Origin: Lingula anatina
Lineage: Eukaryota; Animalia; Brachiopoda
Assembly (NCBI GenBank): GCA_051362555.1
Contig: JBPQGU010000016.1
Span: forward strand, 1,798,001 to 1,862,000
Reading direction: 5' to 3'
DNA: 64,000 bases
Shown here piece after piece: positions 1 to 12,812 of the stretch. Position numbers and translations under genes: made by a program. Under the pieces are notes generated by a model. The model saw nothing but the letters and a program-made list of their open reading frames with translations, was not told the origin of the DNA and ran no database searches. Numbering within the stretch: position 1 is the stretch's first letter; each line of letters opens with the position of its first letter.

Positions 1-505
1 GAGACGCTTTCATAATACGGATTTGGAGATGTATGGCTAAAACAGAATCCTCACATAAACTTCCTAAGCATGTTCAGAGAACACACCATCAGTGGGTACA
101 TACAAAACTCGCACAGTGAGCTTGAGGACAAATCTAAATCCAGAGCCTATTGGCAATTCAAAAATACATTTAAAAAAGAAAAAAATATCCAGACGTTCTT
201 CATAATACCGATAAAAAAGAAAAAACAATCTAAGTCGTATTCGCATCAGTGGACATAAACTCCACATTGAAATAGGCAGATACACAACACTCCTCGGACC
301 GACAGAATATGCCATTACTGTTCTAAAGACAAAATAGAAGATGAAAAACACTTTCTCACAACATGCCCCCTATACAACGACCTGCGAACAATATTATATA
401 AGGTATTTACAAAACACTATACATATTTTGGCCTCAAAACAACTGATGAAAAATTTACTATAATTATGAAATGTCAAGAAGAAGAAACCCTTATTGCATT
501 TTTTC
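1..505 (+). mobile_element. Degenerate 3' end of non-LTR retrotransposon ORF2 (L2/Crack/CR1-like), frameshifted
   Basis: Broken frames read LSRIRISGHKLHIEIGRY...RICHYCSKDKIEDEKHFLTTCPLYNDLR, the C-terminal CxxC...H...C motif of LINE ORF2; same motif set as the ORF at 23203-23881. Confidence 0.75.
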
Positions 506-1531
506 TCATAGATGCTGGTATATGTCAATGTTATCAAACGGTACGGTACGGTTCAATGATTCAGCCAGCTAAAATTCCAAAGAGGGACCACTGGTGTGAT
601 TTTTTTCAGAAATTAAAAGGGGGGGTTAGAACCCCCCTGACACCCCCTGAATCTGTCACAGCATAATATTACTTATTATATTTTGTAGTTATAAGTCTTT
701 TACTAGATTATTTTTTATTTTTACTTTACATGTGATTTAATTCCATTCGTGTGCAAGTTCTGTGAGCAACCACTCAAGCATATTTATATTTCAGATTTTG
801 AGTATTGTATGCAGAATTACTGATAGACCACTTACTTTAAAAGGTTTTTCTTTTAAGGCTCAATCTCATGTGTCACTTCCGGCTTAAATTGACCGGACTT
901 GGTACATGTAGCATTTTAGGAGGTCCCATAACTTGTGTGTGTGTGTGTGTGTGTGTGTGTGGGGGGGGGGGGGGGTAACAGTTCACTGAAAATAAAATCA
1001 TTAAATCCTAGTAAATAAAACTTTATTGGTATCTTATTCAAAATGCGAGTCTGGCGAGTTGAAAGTAACGGATCACCGAGTACAACAACAATGACTTCGT
1101 TTCAGGAAGAAAGGGGAATAAAAGGCTGCATTTACGAGTCAGGACAGGGGAATGGGGGGGGGCTTCACGGATAACGTGAACGTTTCAAGTATTTCGGGAA
1201 AATAAAAAGTGGCTTTCCCGGGTATAGAAAATACCCAGTGGGACCCTTGATTTAGTTCGTTTGTACTGGCTAATATGTGTTAAAACAAAGCTAAATAGGC
1301 ATTTCAACTGAAAGGTACACAAATGAGGATTTTCGTGCCAAAATCATATTTAAGGAGGTAAACGAAAGACAACGACACTGTTGCTATGCTATCTGAATTT
1401 CATATAAACAGCAATATCGTTTTACATAATTTCAAAGAATTTCGAAAGTTAATTTCTTGGGAAATATCGATTCAGTAAAGGGTGGAAAAAGTGCTGCGCT
1501 CTGCATCCTCGTATATCAAAGCTACTGCAGA

Positions 1532-2059
1532 TCAGGATCGAACTCCAAACACGGCGTCCTTGGCGGCCCTTTTCCCGTTCGTGCAAGTACAGGTGACGTC
1601 ATATTTTTCCGTCAAGAACCACCCACTCGTTTTTACACTGAACAAATAATGTAAACATCTTCTTGAATTCTTGTGAACATATTACTTTTTAGATATCTAC
1701 CATATACCTGCTCAGCGATGACCTTATTATAAATATATATTTTTTGACTGGGTTCCCATGCATAGATCGATCCAGATGTACTGTAACTCCCTGGATAGTC
1801 TCACTAAATGGCTATCAAATAACCGGCTTAAATGTCTGCCACGCCTACCGAATCAGCTAGGTTGTAAAGACAATTACCCCCTGACATCTTTATTAGATGT
1901 GACAGACATTTAAGCCAACCAAATTGACAGCAATTAAGTGAGACTCCCCAGGGAGATAGATCGATCCAAATATCTGTGGGAATGGTCCCTTTGTCATTAT
2001 TTTAAAATTAGTAATTCGTTATTTTTCTCAATCATTTATTTCATCACCATTGTTATTAC

Positions 2060-2092
<33 letters not shown>

Positions 2093-3110
2093 TATTATTA
2101 TTGCAAAAGAGGAATGTGTACAGGAAAGCCAGAAATACTCGTGAATATCTGGTGAAAATTATCACAGGACCCTGGTGGATGTTTTGATTGATAGGGAGAC
2201 CTGTAAGAAATAATACGTCCACCACGAACGTTTTTGGATATAGAAGGTTTATGCGTACACCACTGATTTTCAAATTGGCCAGATGATATGCAAAACATAT
2301 CACCCTTTTAAACTTCAAAAACTACATAAGCACATTCTCTATATATTGTTGCGGCGTATTTTTGAAATATAATTTCAAGTCATAAACTGTTATATGCGTT
2401 AAGAAATGTTGACCAAAGTCGAAAACAAAAAATTAAATCTCGGCTCCAAGTTTTTTAAATGGGATATTTTGTTTTTTAATGGGGTTGACCTTATTTAGTC
2501 CGCGGATCAGTAAGCCGGCAGATAATCTGTTCTAAATGCGTTCTAACGGCTTCGCCGACAAAATATGGCCGACCCCACTTGAATGCAAGCCCCGATTGTC
2601 TCCCGTCTTTACGTGCACACGCGCCATTAAACGGAATAAATCTCGGCCCCGAGAAAGAGAAAGCCTATCTACCATCTGTTCTGAATGCGAACTATCTATC
2701 TACGATAGAGAGAGGGGGGCCATTCAAAATAGGAGACTAATTAGTCCAAAGGTCAAATATGGATACAAACTGATGCACCGACTAAATATGGCCGACCACA
2801 TTGCAAAAGCGATGCCGCTGATTCCCGATGGTCTCTTCGCCTACACACGCGCCATTAAAGGGATTAAATCTCGTCTCCGAGGTTTCATTCCTAGGCCCCT
2901 GCAGCGACAGCACGTGTGGAGGCGCGGAGACCATCATGGAACTTACGGTATCGGTTTTGAAATGGGTCGGCCATATTTAGTCGGTCGGTCAGTTAGTACC
3001 CGGACCATCTATTCTGAACAGTCCCTTTTTAGTGGAGTAGACGGCAAGTTTTGTGGTGGGTCGCCATATTTGACACTTGGACTAGTAAGTCACTAATTCT
3101 GAATGGGGCA

Positions 3111-3143
<33 letters not shown>

Positions 3144-3663
3144 CTTACGTACTATATGTACGAGCCGCAGTCCTCTCTACATGAATTTTTACATGCGCAG
3201 CCAAATATGTTACATTTCCCATATGAACAGTAAGGGGTTCTCTGTAATATAAATAGGGAATTAATAACTATCTCTCACTCTCTCTTTCCCCCTCCAACAC
3301 ACGCGCACCGACACTGCACACGCATACAAACCCGCATATGTACAGAATTATTTCCTTACGACCATTTACTTAACGAATTTCAGTAAACAATATAAAAATG
3401 TACCTCTAGCTTTGTTCTACATTTACAACAAAAATGTACGGTATCATTTTCCCCCTGTAATGCTAAGTTCGCCTGATACCAAACATGTGTTGTAATGTGT
3501 TCTGGATGCATTTCCCGAGGAAATACCCTGGTACTAGTAGACTCACCACCGTGCAGTCTGCGCAGAACCTATAACCTTTCTCACGGCAGCAGATAGATTC
3601 AGCTTCCTGCATTACAGCTGCCAGACCCAACGCAACTAAGGCAAAAATGGCAAAGGTAGTCAT
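1532..3663 (-). CDS. Mytimycin/Diedel-like secreted Cys-rich peptide precursor A, 103 aa, EF-hand tail deleted
   Basis: Exons 3663-3547, 3241-3153, 1637-1532, all GT-AG with matching phases (0, 2). Protein MTTFAIFALVALGLAAVMQEAES-ICCREKGYRFCADCTVRTPYCSYGKCNIFGCACKNSCREDCGSYIYVKTSGWFLTEKYDVTCTCTN-GKR-AAKDAVFGVRS*. 12 Cys; TPYC..CNIFGC motif recalled from mytimycin and Diedel. Confidence 0.85.
1750..1990. mobile_element. MITE, 'gatcgatc' family (other copies ~11622-11860, ~16406-16620, ~43505-43730)
   Basis: Imperfect TIRs cccat..atagatcgatc / gatcgatc..atctgtgggaatgg and a shared internal gtgagactcccc; four related copies in the window. Confidence 0.65.
2717..3110. mobile_element. Tourist-like MITE inside (AG)n in intron 2 of gene A (paralogue ~12811-13449; family member 29617-30024)
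   Basis: Ends ggccattcaaaataggagacta...tagtaagtcactaattctgaatggggc are inverted repeats and match 29617-30024. Confidence 0.6.
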
Positions 3664-5859
3664 CTTCTGAAATGTGAAGTGACAACATGGAGTTCACACA
3701 AAGGCAAAAGGAATTTCAGAGGACAGTGGAGCTCAAATCTCTTCTGACAGCAGCTATGCTAAAGTCTAAACTTTCAGAGGCACGCTGACAGTAAAGACGT
3801 GAGATTTCATACGGTGTTCTCTAAAACCCAATGCGCACAAAGGCAATCGGCGTCGTGAAATCCTACTTAATATGCAGCAAGTTAAGAAAATTTCTTGGAC
3901 AGAATTTTTTACCTGAGTAATCCTTGATTACCTCTCTCAGTCTCGAAATGATTGAAAACGTCGACAGTTTGAACTACTTATACCGTTTTCATCAGCAGCG
4001 CAAGCTTCGTCAAGGCATCGATTTTTGAAGTGGAGTACAGGCCTGTCATCTGAAGAGACCAAAGCATGTGAAACGGATATCAAAGTTATGTACTGGTACA
4101 GGTATTTCACTATGATTTACTTAAGTCTGGATTATCATTTACCGATTGGTTCGGCAATGCGCAGAAAAATAATGTGTGTTCGAGACTGATTTTCATTGGT
4201 TGAAATAATTTTCATCAGAAAGACAATTTATCTTTAGGTTATACGCATGCGCATTTTAAAATCTAGTTTTATCTGGTTGAATGTGGTCATTAGACATCTA
4301 ATATATTATAACATCATCGAATTATCAACGAATTAAAGGATTCAGAGGTCTGATGACAAATTTTTACTGAAAACCCCCTATGTTAGGTTTGAAAAAGTGG
4401 TGACACTGTATTCTGTTTAGTTACGCCGGTGGAGTGGAACATATGTTGCTTCTTAACGTACAACAAATAAAATCACAGGGAACATTTGAGGAGCTGGTGC
4501 ACATTTGATATTTGGTCGCGGGTTCGAATTCTTGAAAGTTCTTTGATTATTTGGATCTATTTTTAGGAACAGAATTTTCAAATGAAAGTTTATAAACTTT
4601 TCAAGACTATCGGCATGAGACCATATGTCTTGGATACTGCTGGAGAGAGAGCGAGAGAGAGAGAGATGTATTGCTCGGGTTTCATTTGATGCAAGTAGTC
4701 CTATGATATACTAGAACGAATTAAACTTTATAAGTAGTTCATCGTAACTTTTAATTTTCACACATCTCACCCTATGAATGTATATCACATATTCATCGCG
4801 ATTCTCCATTCGTTCTGCGTTGCATTCCCGTATACATTAGATCAAAGCACCGGTAGCTTCTGCATCAAAAGTTGTTAGTACCAGTATTGTAATGTGCGTT
4901 TTCAGTTACAGATGCATAGTTAAACCCTCATATGTCTAGACATTTACTCCGTCAGTTTAACTGATTTTTTTATGTTGGCAAATATATGGATGGGAAGGTT
5001 GTCAAAGTTTGTAAAATCTGCTTTAAAGTTATAAAAGTTATGTGAGCTTTCTACTAAGGAAGCAGAATTGTTCACATTTCACATAAAACGTCGACATCAT
5101 CTTCAATTTGATTTTAACACCAGTATTGTAATGTGCGTTTTCAATAACAGATGTTTGAGACGCTTTTATAGAAAAAAACTCATATGTCTAGGCATTTCAA
5201 ACCATCAGCTTTTAGATTCTTTTCATGGGTGGAGGTATGAATGTGAAGGTTGTCAGACTTTGTACATTCTGCTTAAAAGTTATCCAAGTTGTGTGGGTTC
5301 AGTACTAAAGAACGAGAATCATTCACATTTCATACAAAACGTCATTATCATCTTTAATTTGATTTTAAGACCACGCGTTTACTAGATTTTTAGAGCAACC
5401 ACACGACCAGGACAGTAAATATAAACCTATCTTCTGCTTATTTGGTGTTTTTCTTTGGTGTCGCCTTCTGTTTTTAGTCCATTTTCCAGCTGCACGACAA
5501 TTTTCTGAGAGGGGTGGGCGAAAAAAGAAGGGACAATTTCCGTTTGCAAGGTAATTTTTGCAGTAATCTGTCTAAATTGAAGCGTTGATATTTACATTTT
5601 TTTTTTTTTTTTTTTTTTTTTGAACAGTTATAATTGTAAAAGTATGATATTCGGTGAAAATGTAAGAATAAAGCTCAATCTACTGGTACCTATATGTTGG
5701 CAGTTCCCAGCTATGGTAACTAATAACTCTTTGGCTATCTAATAACTCTTTGGTCACAGGACCCATAGTATAGTCTATTACAAAATTATAGCCTCCGATT
5801 TAATTTTCCATAGGTCTACTGTATGTATATTGTAGAGGCACTTCTGATACACAAACACA

Positions 5860-6912
5860 CACTGGACAATAGAAGTGTCACCAATACTTTGTGGGAGATA
5901 AATGACTTTGGGATTATATGCTCCTGGTATCATTTTATTAAAATCAAATTTCACAAAAAAAAAAAAAAAAAAATGATAACAAAATATACATTATCCCAAG
6001 ATATGCAGTTTCAGTCCAAAATTAGTAATTAGTGGCATAGCCACGTGACCTAATAATAGCTGCCAGTCTGCGAGGCAAGGATTCATATAATTGTTTGATG
6101 CGTTCAGAGCTTATGCTGGCCATAGCATGAAACACTGAATCTAACAGAGTTTGTCAGCTGGTTGGACGGGCATTTGTCAAAAGTTTTGACATATCATTCA
6201 ACATATTTTCTGTTATGTTTGCATCCGGATTCTGGGCAGGCCACATCACCCTGCAAATGTCCTGTTGGTCAAACCAATCATCAACTGCTCTGGGTCTGTG
6301 GCAAGGAGCATTGTCATCCTGGTGAACAGATGGATAATTTCTGTAACCAAACATGTAGGTAATAGATTGTAGCAAGCCTGACTAAAAAATATCGATATAT
6401 TGCTGGTGATTCCTGTTTCCATTAACCACTATCAATTCGCCCACGCCAGGGATGCTGATGCAGCCCCACACCATGGTGAATATGCTGCTCCGTACATGTG
6501 GTTCAAATGCTTTTACAACCTGGACATCAAAATCAGTCGTCGGTCTTCACGGTCAGTAGTTTTTCTTGGACCAGCCATCAGAGGCAATTTGTCTCTTGAT
6601 CCAGTGTTTCCATACCGAGACCAGACCCTCTGCACGGTTCTGACTGAACAATTCAACTGTTATGCAATTGCTTATATTCCGCCTCTTCAGGTTAATAACT
6701 TGACGTCTATAATCGTTAGTTAATTGCCCGTATCTTTCCATAATGGAGGAAGACAGGAATAACATTTGCTGTACATGTACAAAACCAACAATACAATTCC
6801 ACGGTACATCGGTTTTATACTCATTAGTCACGTTATAAGTAGACCAGGCATTATAACTACCCAAGATCTGCCTACTTTGATTACTCTGATTTAGGTGGTG
6901 ACACTTTTATTG
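5860..6912 (-). mobile_element. Tc1-family DNA transposon, internally deleted pseudogene copy
   Basis: TIR cactggacaatagaagtgtcacc / ggtgacacttttattg; transposase remnant HQDDNAPCHR...WPAQNPDANITEN; lacks ~290 bp present in the 18151-19532 copy. Confidence 0.85.
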
Positions 6913-6916
6913 ACTG

Positions 6917-7650
6917 TAGATCTGTACAACTTTTAAAAATAAATTTAAAAAACTTACTTTAAATAGCTCCATTATTTATTCATCAATATTATTCATAAAG
7001 GGGGTAAAACAACATTCGTGAGTTGAATATTTACTGAAGATTTACTGTTTGGATTTTTTTTTATTTATGAAGCCTTATGAATACTCTTACAGTGACACAA
7101 TATAATGGTGGCCATCTTGGAAAAAGCTGCCTTTAAAACTTTTTTCCACCACTTAGATTTTTCTAGAGTTTTAATTTGTTTAAATTTGGATATAACTATT
7201 TATTTTTGGCAATAAATCCCTACTGATAAAAAAAACTTAAGTCTTAAAGAACCCTTATGAATACACTTGCTGGCGGCCAACATTTCAGGTAAAAATCTGT
7301 ACAAATGACCCTTGCCTGACTTTGACCTCAAGCCAAAGTCCTTTGTGAATAATTCCTATTAAATAAGTTTTTCTCTTCGACAAAGTGTTCTTTGTCTGTA
7401 AGTCTGGATATATTTCAAGGTCTTATAACTCGTTTACTCCAGCAAAATACTCCTAAAATAATAAGACCATCCTTTACCTATAGTGACATAATATATTGGC
7501 GGTCATCTTAAAAAAAATGACTTAGAAACCACTACTTACATTTTAATATGTTAAAATTTGGATATTTAGCTTTCTAAAAAACGTCATTACATTTTTTTTT
7601 TGCAATGAGTCCTGAGTAAGACCAATTTTTTCGCTCAGTTTACTAGCCTA
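6917..7650. mobile_element. Probable non-autonomous DNA transposon with TAG...CTA ends and GGCCATCTTG-type motifs, at the duplication junction
   Basis: Unique to the junction between units; motif content resembles 25728-26621; no TSD established. Confidence 0.3.
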
Positions 7651-8160
7651 ACACAACTTTTAAAACTTTTAAGCAGAATTTACAAATGTTGACAAACCTC
7701 ACATTCATATATTTAACCAGAATTTTTAAAAATCAATTAAACTGACGGGCTGAATGTCCAGACATATGCGGGTTTTTCTATAAAAGCGTCCCATACATCT
7801 GTTATTGAAAACGCACATTACAATACTGGTTCTAACAACTTTTGATTCAGAGACTACTTTGATCTATTTTATACTGGAATGCAATGCAGAATGAATGGAG
7901 AATCGTGTTGAATTATTGAAATACATTCATAGGGGTAAAAAGTGTGAAAATTAAAAGTTACGATGAACAGCTTATAAAACTTAATTCGTTTTCGTTTTTC
8001 GTAGGACTACTTTTATCAAATGAAACCAGTGCAATTAAGATAATTTCTCTCTCTCTCTCTCTCTTCAGCAGTACTCAAGACTTATGGTCTCATACCGGTA
8101 GTCTTGAAACGTTTATACACTTATAGCCTTTCATTTTAAAACTTATCACTAAAAAAAAGA
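7650..8160 (-). repeat. Diverged inverted copy of ~4560-5050 (dispersed repeat)
   Basis: Reverse complement matches ttcaagactatcggcatgagaccatatgtcttgg and gtaaaatctgctttaaagttataaaagtt of unit 1. Confidence 0.75.
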
Positions 8161-8629
8161 TACATTTCGTCTTTCAGTTTTGATTAAAACTATCCTCAAT
8201 CTCAATTCGCCTTTCACTGTACAATTCTCTCTCGTTTTTATCAAAATTATTTAGAACTTTATTTACAGTGTTCAAGGCGTGTAAAAACAGACCATGTAGA
8301 CCTATGGCCACTTTATGTGTCTCTTGGAGACAAATTCCTTCATAGATGCTAGTATATGCGAAGGTTATCAAACGGTACGGTTTAGAACTATGGTTCAGCT
8401 GGCCTAAATTGTAATTTTAAGAGGGACCACTGGTGTTATTTTTTCAGAAATTGAAGGGGGAAGGTTATATTATGTAGTTTTAAGTATTTTACTAAATCAT
8501 TTTTTTTAATTTTCATGTAATTTAATACCATTCGTGTGCAAGTTTATGTGAGCAACCACTCAGACATTATATTTATATTTCAGATATTGTGAACTGCATG
8601 CAGAATTCCTGATAGACCACTTTGTTTAA

Positions 8630-9655
8630 CCCTCAAGAGACCAAGCTATTTTACTGACTGAAATGACCAAGTGGGGTCATCTATGACCCCATTGTGCTCT
8701 GTACAGGGATCCTTATTATAAAAGACTGTTGAGGCTTTATCACACCCATACTACTCCCAGGATTTAAGACAAGTATTTTATAATGATCTAATGTAATAAG
8801 TATTTGGTAATAATACTTTTATTGCATGAAATATCCAAGCACAGATTTTAAGAACAACATTACACCGGTATTTAGACAGTCCTTGTCAGTTTCCACTTGC
8901 AGAAATATTTCTCTTTTTATTTGCTACACTAAATGAAAAAAGTACATTACAAAATTACTTTGAGTAAAAATATTTTGATTTATGTTGAGATAACATCCTG
9001 CTAACTTCAATAAGAATAATTAGCTGACTTGCTGAGTAGGGAATACCCGAATGCTGGTAAGGAAGTCATACTACTCAGAACACATTCAATCAACCTACAT
9101 GTATGTTACTACCACAGCTGTGTATAAAACTAAATCCACACAAACAATTTGTTAATATATGTATAATATGATATCGACAGAATTATTTAGATTTCAGAAA
9201 TACCCGAAAATTGTAACCGTCAAAATGAGAGACCCAGTTATGAGAACAAGTTCCAACAAAGCTACTGAAATTAGATTCAGTGATGCACTATTAGTAACAC
9301 TTCAAGCACAATCTTCACAAACCACTTATTTGTGCCTATGTTTTGGGCACACTGGCTGGTTGCATGAAGCACATGCATGTCCTGTCAGTGTTGCTTGGGC
9401 AAAACATTTGAATAAAACTTAAAAACTAATATGTAAAAACCAATGCTTCTCTTTGGGGTCATAAATGACCCCACAAGAGTTTTTGATGTATACGCCACAC
9501 TAATTGGTTGATCCCTACAAAAAACTGTGAAAGTGTGTAGGATTAGTAGACTGACAAACTCATGCAAGGAAAGAAAATTCGAATAAAAAATAAAGAGATG
9601 GCACATTAAATCATATGGCTGGGGTCGTAAATGACCCCACTCGGTCACTTGAGGG
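8630..9655. mobile_element. Non-autonomous piggyBac-like element
   Basis: TTAA on both sides (8626-8629, 9656-9659); TIR CCCTCAAG(A/T)GACC(A/G)AG; subterminal palindromes ggggtca..tgacccc; empty single-TTAA site at 837-840 in unit 1. Confidence 0.9.
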
Positions 9656-9741
9656 TTAAAAGGTTATTCTTTTAAGGCTCAAGCTCGTGTGCCACTTCCG
9701 GCTTAAATTGCCCGTACTTGGTAGCAGTTTAGAAGGTCCCT

Positions 9742-9772
<31 letters not shown>

Positions 9773-10751
9773 GGGGGGGGTGTTCACAGTTCACAATTCC
9801 CAGCAATAAAAACTTAATTAGTATCTCATTGAAAATGCAAGTCTGGGTATAACAACAATGCCTTCGTTTGAATAAGGACGAAGAATAAAAGGCCGCATTT
9901 ACAAGTCGGGGCAGGGGAATGGGGGGCTTCAACGATCACGCTGTGAACGTTTCACGTATTTCGGAAAATAAAACAGTGGCTTTCACGGGTAACCATAATA
10001 CCCAATAGGGCCTTAGATTTAGCTCGTTTGTAACGGCTGATATGGGTTAAAACAAAGATTAATAGGCATTTCAACTTTAAGGTACACAAATGAGGATTTT
10101 CATTCCAAAATCACATTTATGGAGTTATCCTGGGGTAAACGGTATTTATCTTCATTTTTCTTTCCTGACTCTCTCTAGAACTCTGTAACAATTTTGAAAA
10201 AAGGAGATCCAAACAATGTTTCGCACTACAATGCCTCCACTAACAGATATCGCGCGACTTTACAGACAGTGCCAAGATGGCTCACTACCAAGGGTGGGCA
10301 AGGGACGGTGAATATGATTAATTTTTGGCGATATTGATTGAGGCCATTCATCTTTCTATTTATGTTTTAAAAATTATAATTATCCTCAAATAAAAGCAAC
10401 GAGAAGTAATTCATGAACTTAGAATGTGTTTAAATCCCACATCGTATACCTTTAACACAATAATTCCCAACTCCAGATGGACCAGGCTGATGTTGAAATT
10501 TATCACAATATTTTAATGGCAGTTTTTTTCCTACACCACCTTAAGCGAGCCTCACACTTGATGACCTTTTGACATATAAAAAAATCATAAAACCTGGCCA
10601 TTAATATGTTTTACCTGTTTGGTTTCTTTGCTTAATCAAGAAGTTCTACTCTACAACTTCTTGGTTTAACTCATGCATTGACTTTGTGGAATATTCCGGT
10701 GCTTGAAAATTGATGCTTATTTTAGAATAATACTTGGGTCTTGGAATCGAG

Positions 10752-10794
<43 letters not shown>

Positions 10795-11068
10795 TCTATT
10801 TATTTATTTATTTATTTAATTTTTTTTAATTTCACCAATCTAAATGTCATAAAATATCTATTAAGTCATAAACGGCTGTTTGGGCATATGCATAAAGCAC
10901 CCTTTCTGTGATAATTGAGAGATATTATAAAAAGCAAGAGAGTAGTTTGCTGCTTTTTGAAGGGGACAAACAGTCAATGAAAAAGGACCACGTTTGGATA
11001 CTGTGTGGTAAGGGAGGTGGAACCTGGCGGAGATGAAGGTCGCCGATGTGCCCATATCGTTTCTCGAT

Positions 11069-11115
<47 letters not shown>

Positions 11116-11353
11116 AGAAAAGATTGCAAGATTGCGTGTCAAAACTCAGTAAACAATAATTATAATAAGTAAATGAAACACAAAGACACTTGTTGCGATG
11201 CTATCTGAATTTCATATAAACAGCAATATTGTTTTACATAATTTCAAAGAATTTCGAAAGTTAACTTCTTGAGAAAGATCGATTCCCAATGATTTTCCAA
11301 ATGTCAAATAAGGATGGAAAAAGTGCTGCGCTTTTCATCCTCGTATATCAGAG

Positions 11354-11913
11354 CTACTGCAGATCAGGATCGAACTCCTGTCGGTCAATGTTGTCGTCAC
11401 CATTGGCGTCTTCGTCGTCAAACACTGCATCCTTCTCGGCCCTTTTCCCGCGTGTGCAAGTACAGGTAACGTGGTATTTTTCCCCAAGAATCACCCACTC
11501 GTTTTTAACACTGAACAAATAATGTAAGCATGTTCTTGAATTCTTGTGAACATATACTTTTTCGGATATCTACCATATACCAGCTCAGCGATGACTTTAT
11601 TACTTATTTCGATTCTTTGACTGGGTTACATGCCTAGATCAATCCATCTGGATCGATCTACTTGATCTCCCTGGATAGTCTCACTAAATTGCTTTCAAAT
11701 AACTGGCTTGAATGTCTGCCACGGCTACCGAATCAGCTAGGGGGTAAAGACAATTACCCCCTTACATCTTTATTAGATGTGACAGACATTTAACCCGATC
11801 AAGTTGACAGCAATTTAGTGAGACTCCCCAGGAGTCCTAATATCTGTGGGAATGGTCCCTTTGTCATTATTTTCAATTTTGCAATTCGTTATTTTTCTCA
11901 ATCATTATTATTA

Positions 11914-11954
<41 letters not shown>

Positions 11955-12762
11955 GCAAAAAAAGGAATGTGTACAGGAAAGCCAGAGTAATACTCGTGAA
12001 TATCTAGTGAAAATTATCACAGGACCCCGGTAGATGGTATGATTGATAGGGAGACCTCTAAAATATAATACGTCCACCACTAGGGTTCTTGGATATAGAT
12101 GGTTTCCGTGTACACCACTGCTTTTCAAATTGGCCAGATGATATGTAAAACATGCACCTAATGCGCAGTTCACACTAGCAGTATGGTTAACAAAGTTCAA
12201 CAATATGTCACCCTTTTAAACTTCAATAACTACATAAGTAAACTCTCTTTATATTGTTGCGGCGCATTTTTAAAATTCCATTTCAAGTCTTAAACTGTTA
12301 TATGCATTATGGAATGTTCACCAAAGTAGAAAACACCAATTCCTACGTTTTATTTCTGAATAATAACTCCATACTTTATGAATGCCCGTGGTGCAGGCTC
12401 CTCGAGTCTTTGAGTACGACGTCACGCGCAATCCATCTTAGCATCTATTTACGGCCAAGCTGAAAAGGGAACCTTTGGAGCAGATGATCCACAGACCAAG
12501 AGCGCTTACATGTGGACCAACCCGCGGATTAAATCTCGACTCCACAATTTTAATTGGGTTGACCTTATTCAGTCCGCGGATCAGTAAACCCGCAGATAAT
12601 ATGTTCTGAACGCGCTCTAACGCCGACAAAATATGGCCGACCCCACTTAAAAGCAAGCCCCGATGCTTCCCCGTCTTTACATGCACACGCGCCATTAAAC
12701 GGATTTGGCTCCGAGATAGAGAGAACCTATCTACCCTCTGTTCTGAATACGCACTATCTATC

Positions 12763-12812
<50 letters not shown>

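Larger units (their letters stand above)
505..6912. repeat. Tandem segmental duplication, unit 1 (contains peptide gene A and a Tc1 copy)
   Basis: Colinear with ~8340-19525 from tagatgctggtatatg (~509 vs ~8343) to the right Tc1 TIR (~6912 vs ~19523). Confidence 0.9.

Noticed and set aside
2536-3096. 186-aa ORF on + strand
   Set aside because: Runs through MITE sequence in an intron; not preserved as an ORF in the paralogous unit; no recognisable motif.
3148-3156. Apparent premature TAG at the end of exon 2 of peptide gene A
   Set aside because: It only arises if the downstream gtaag donor is used; the gtacgt donor (phase 2) restores the frame into exon 3 in both paralogues.
3463-3546. C-terminal halves of the track ORFs at 3463, 13819 and 14681
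   Set aside because: Read-through into intron 1 past the GT donor.
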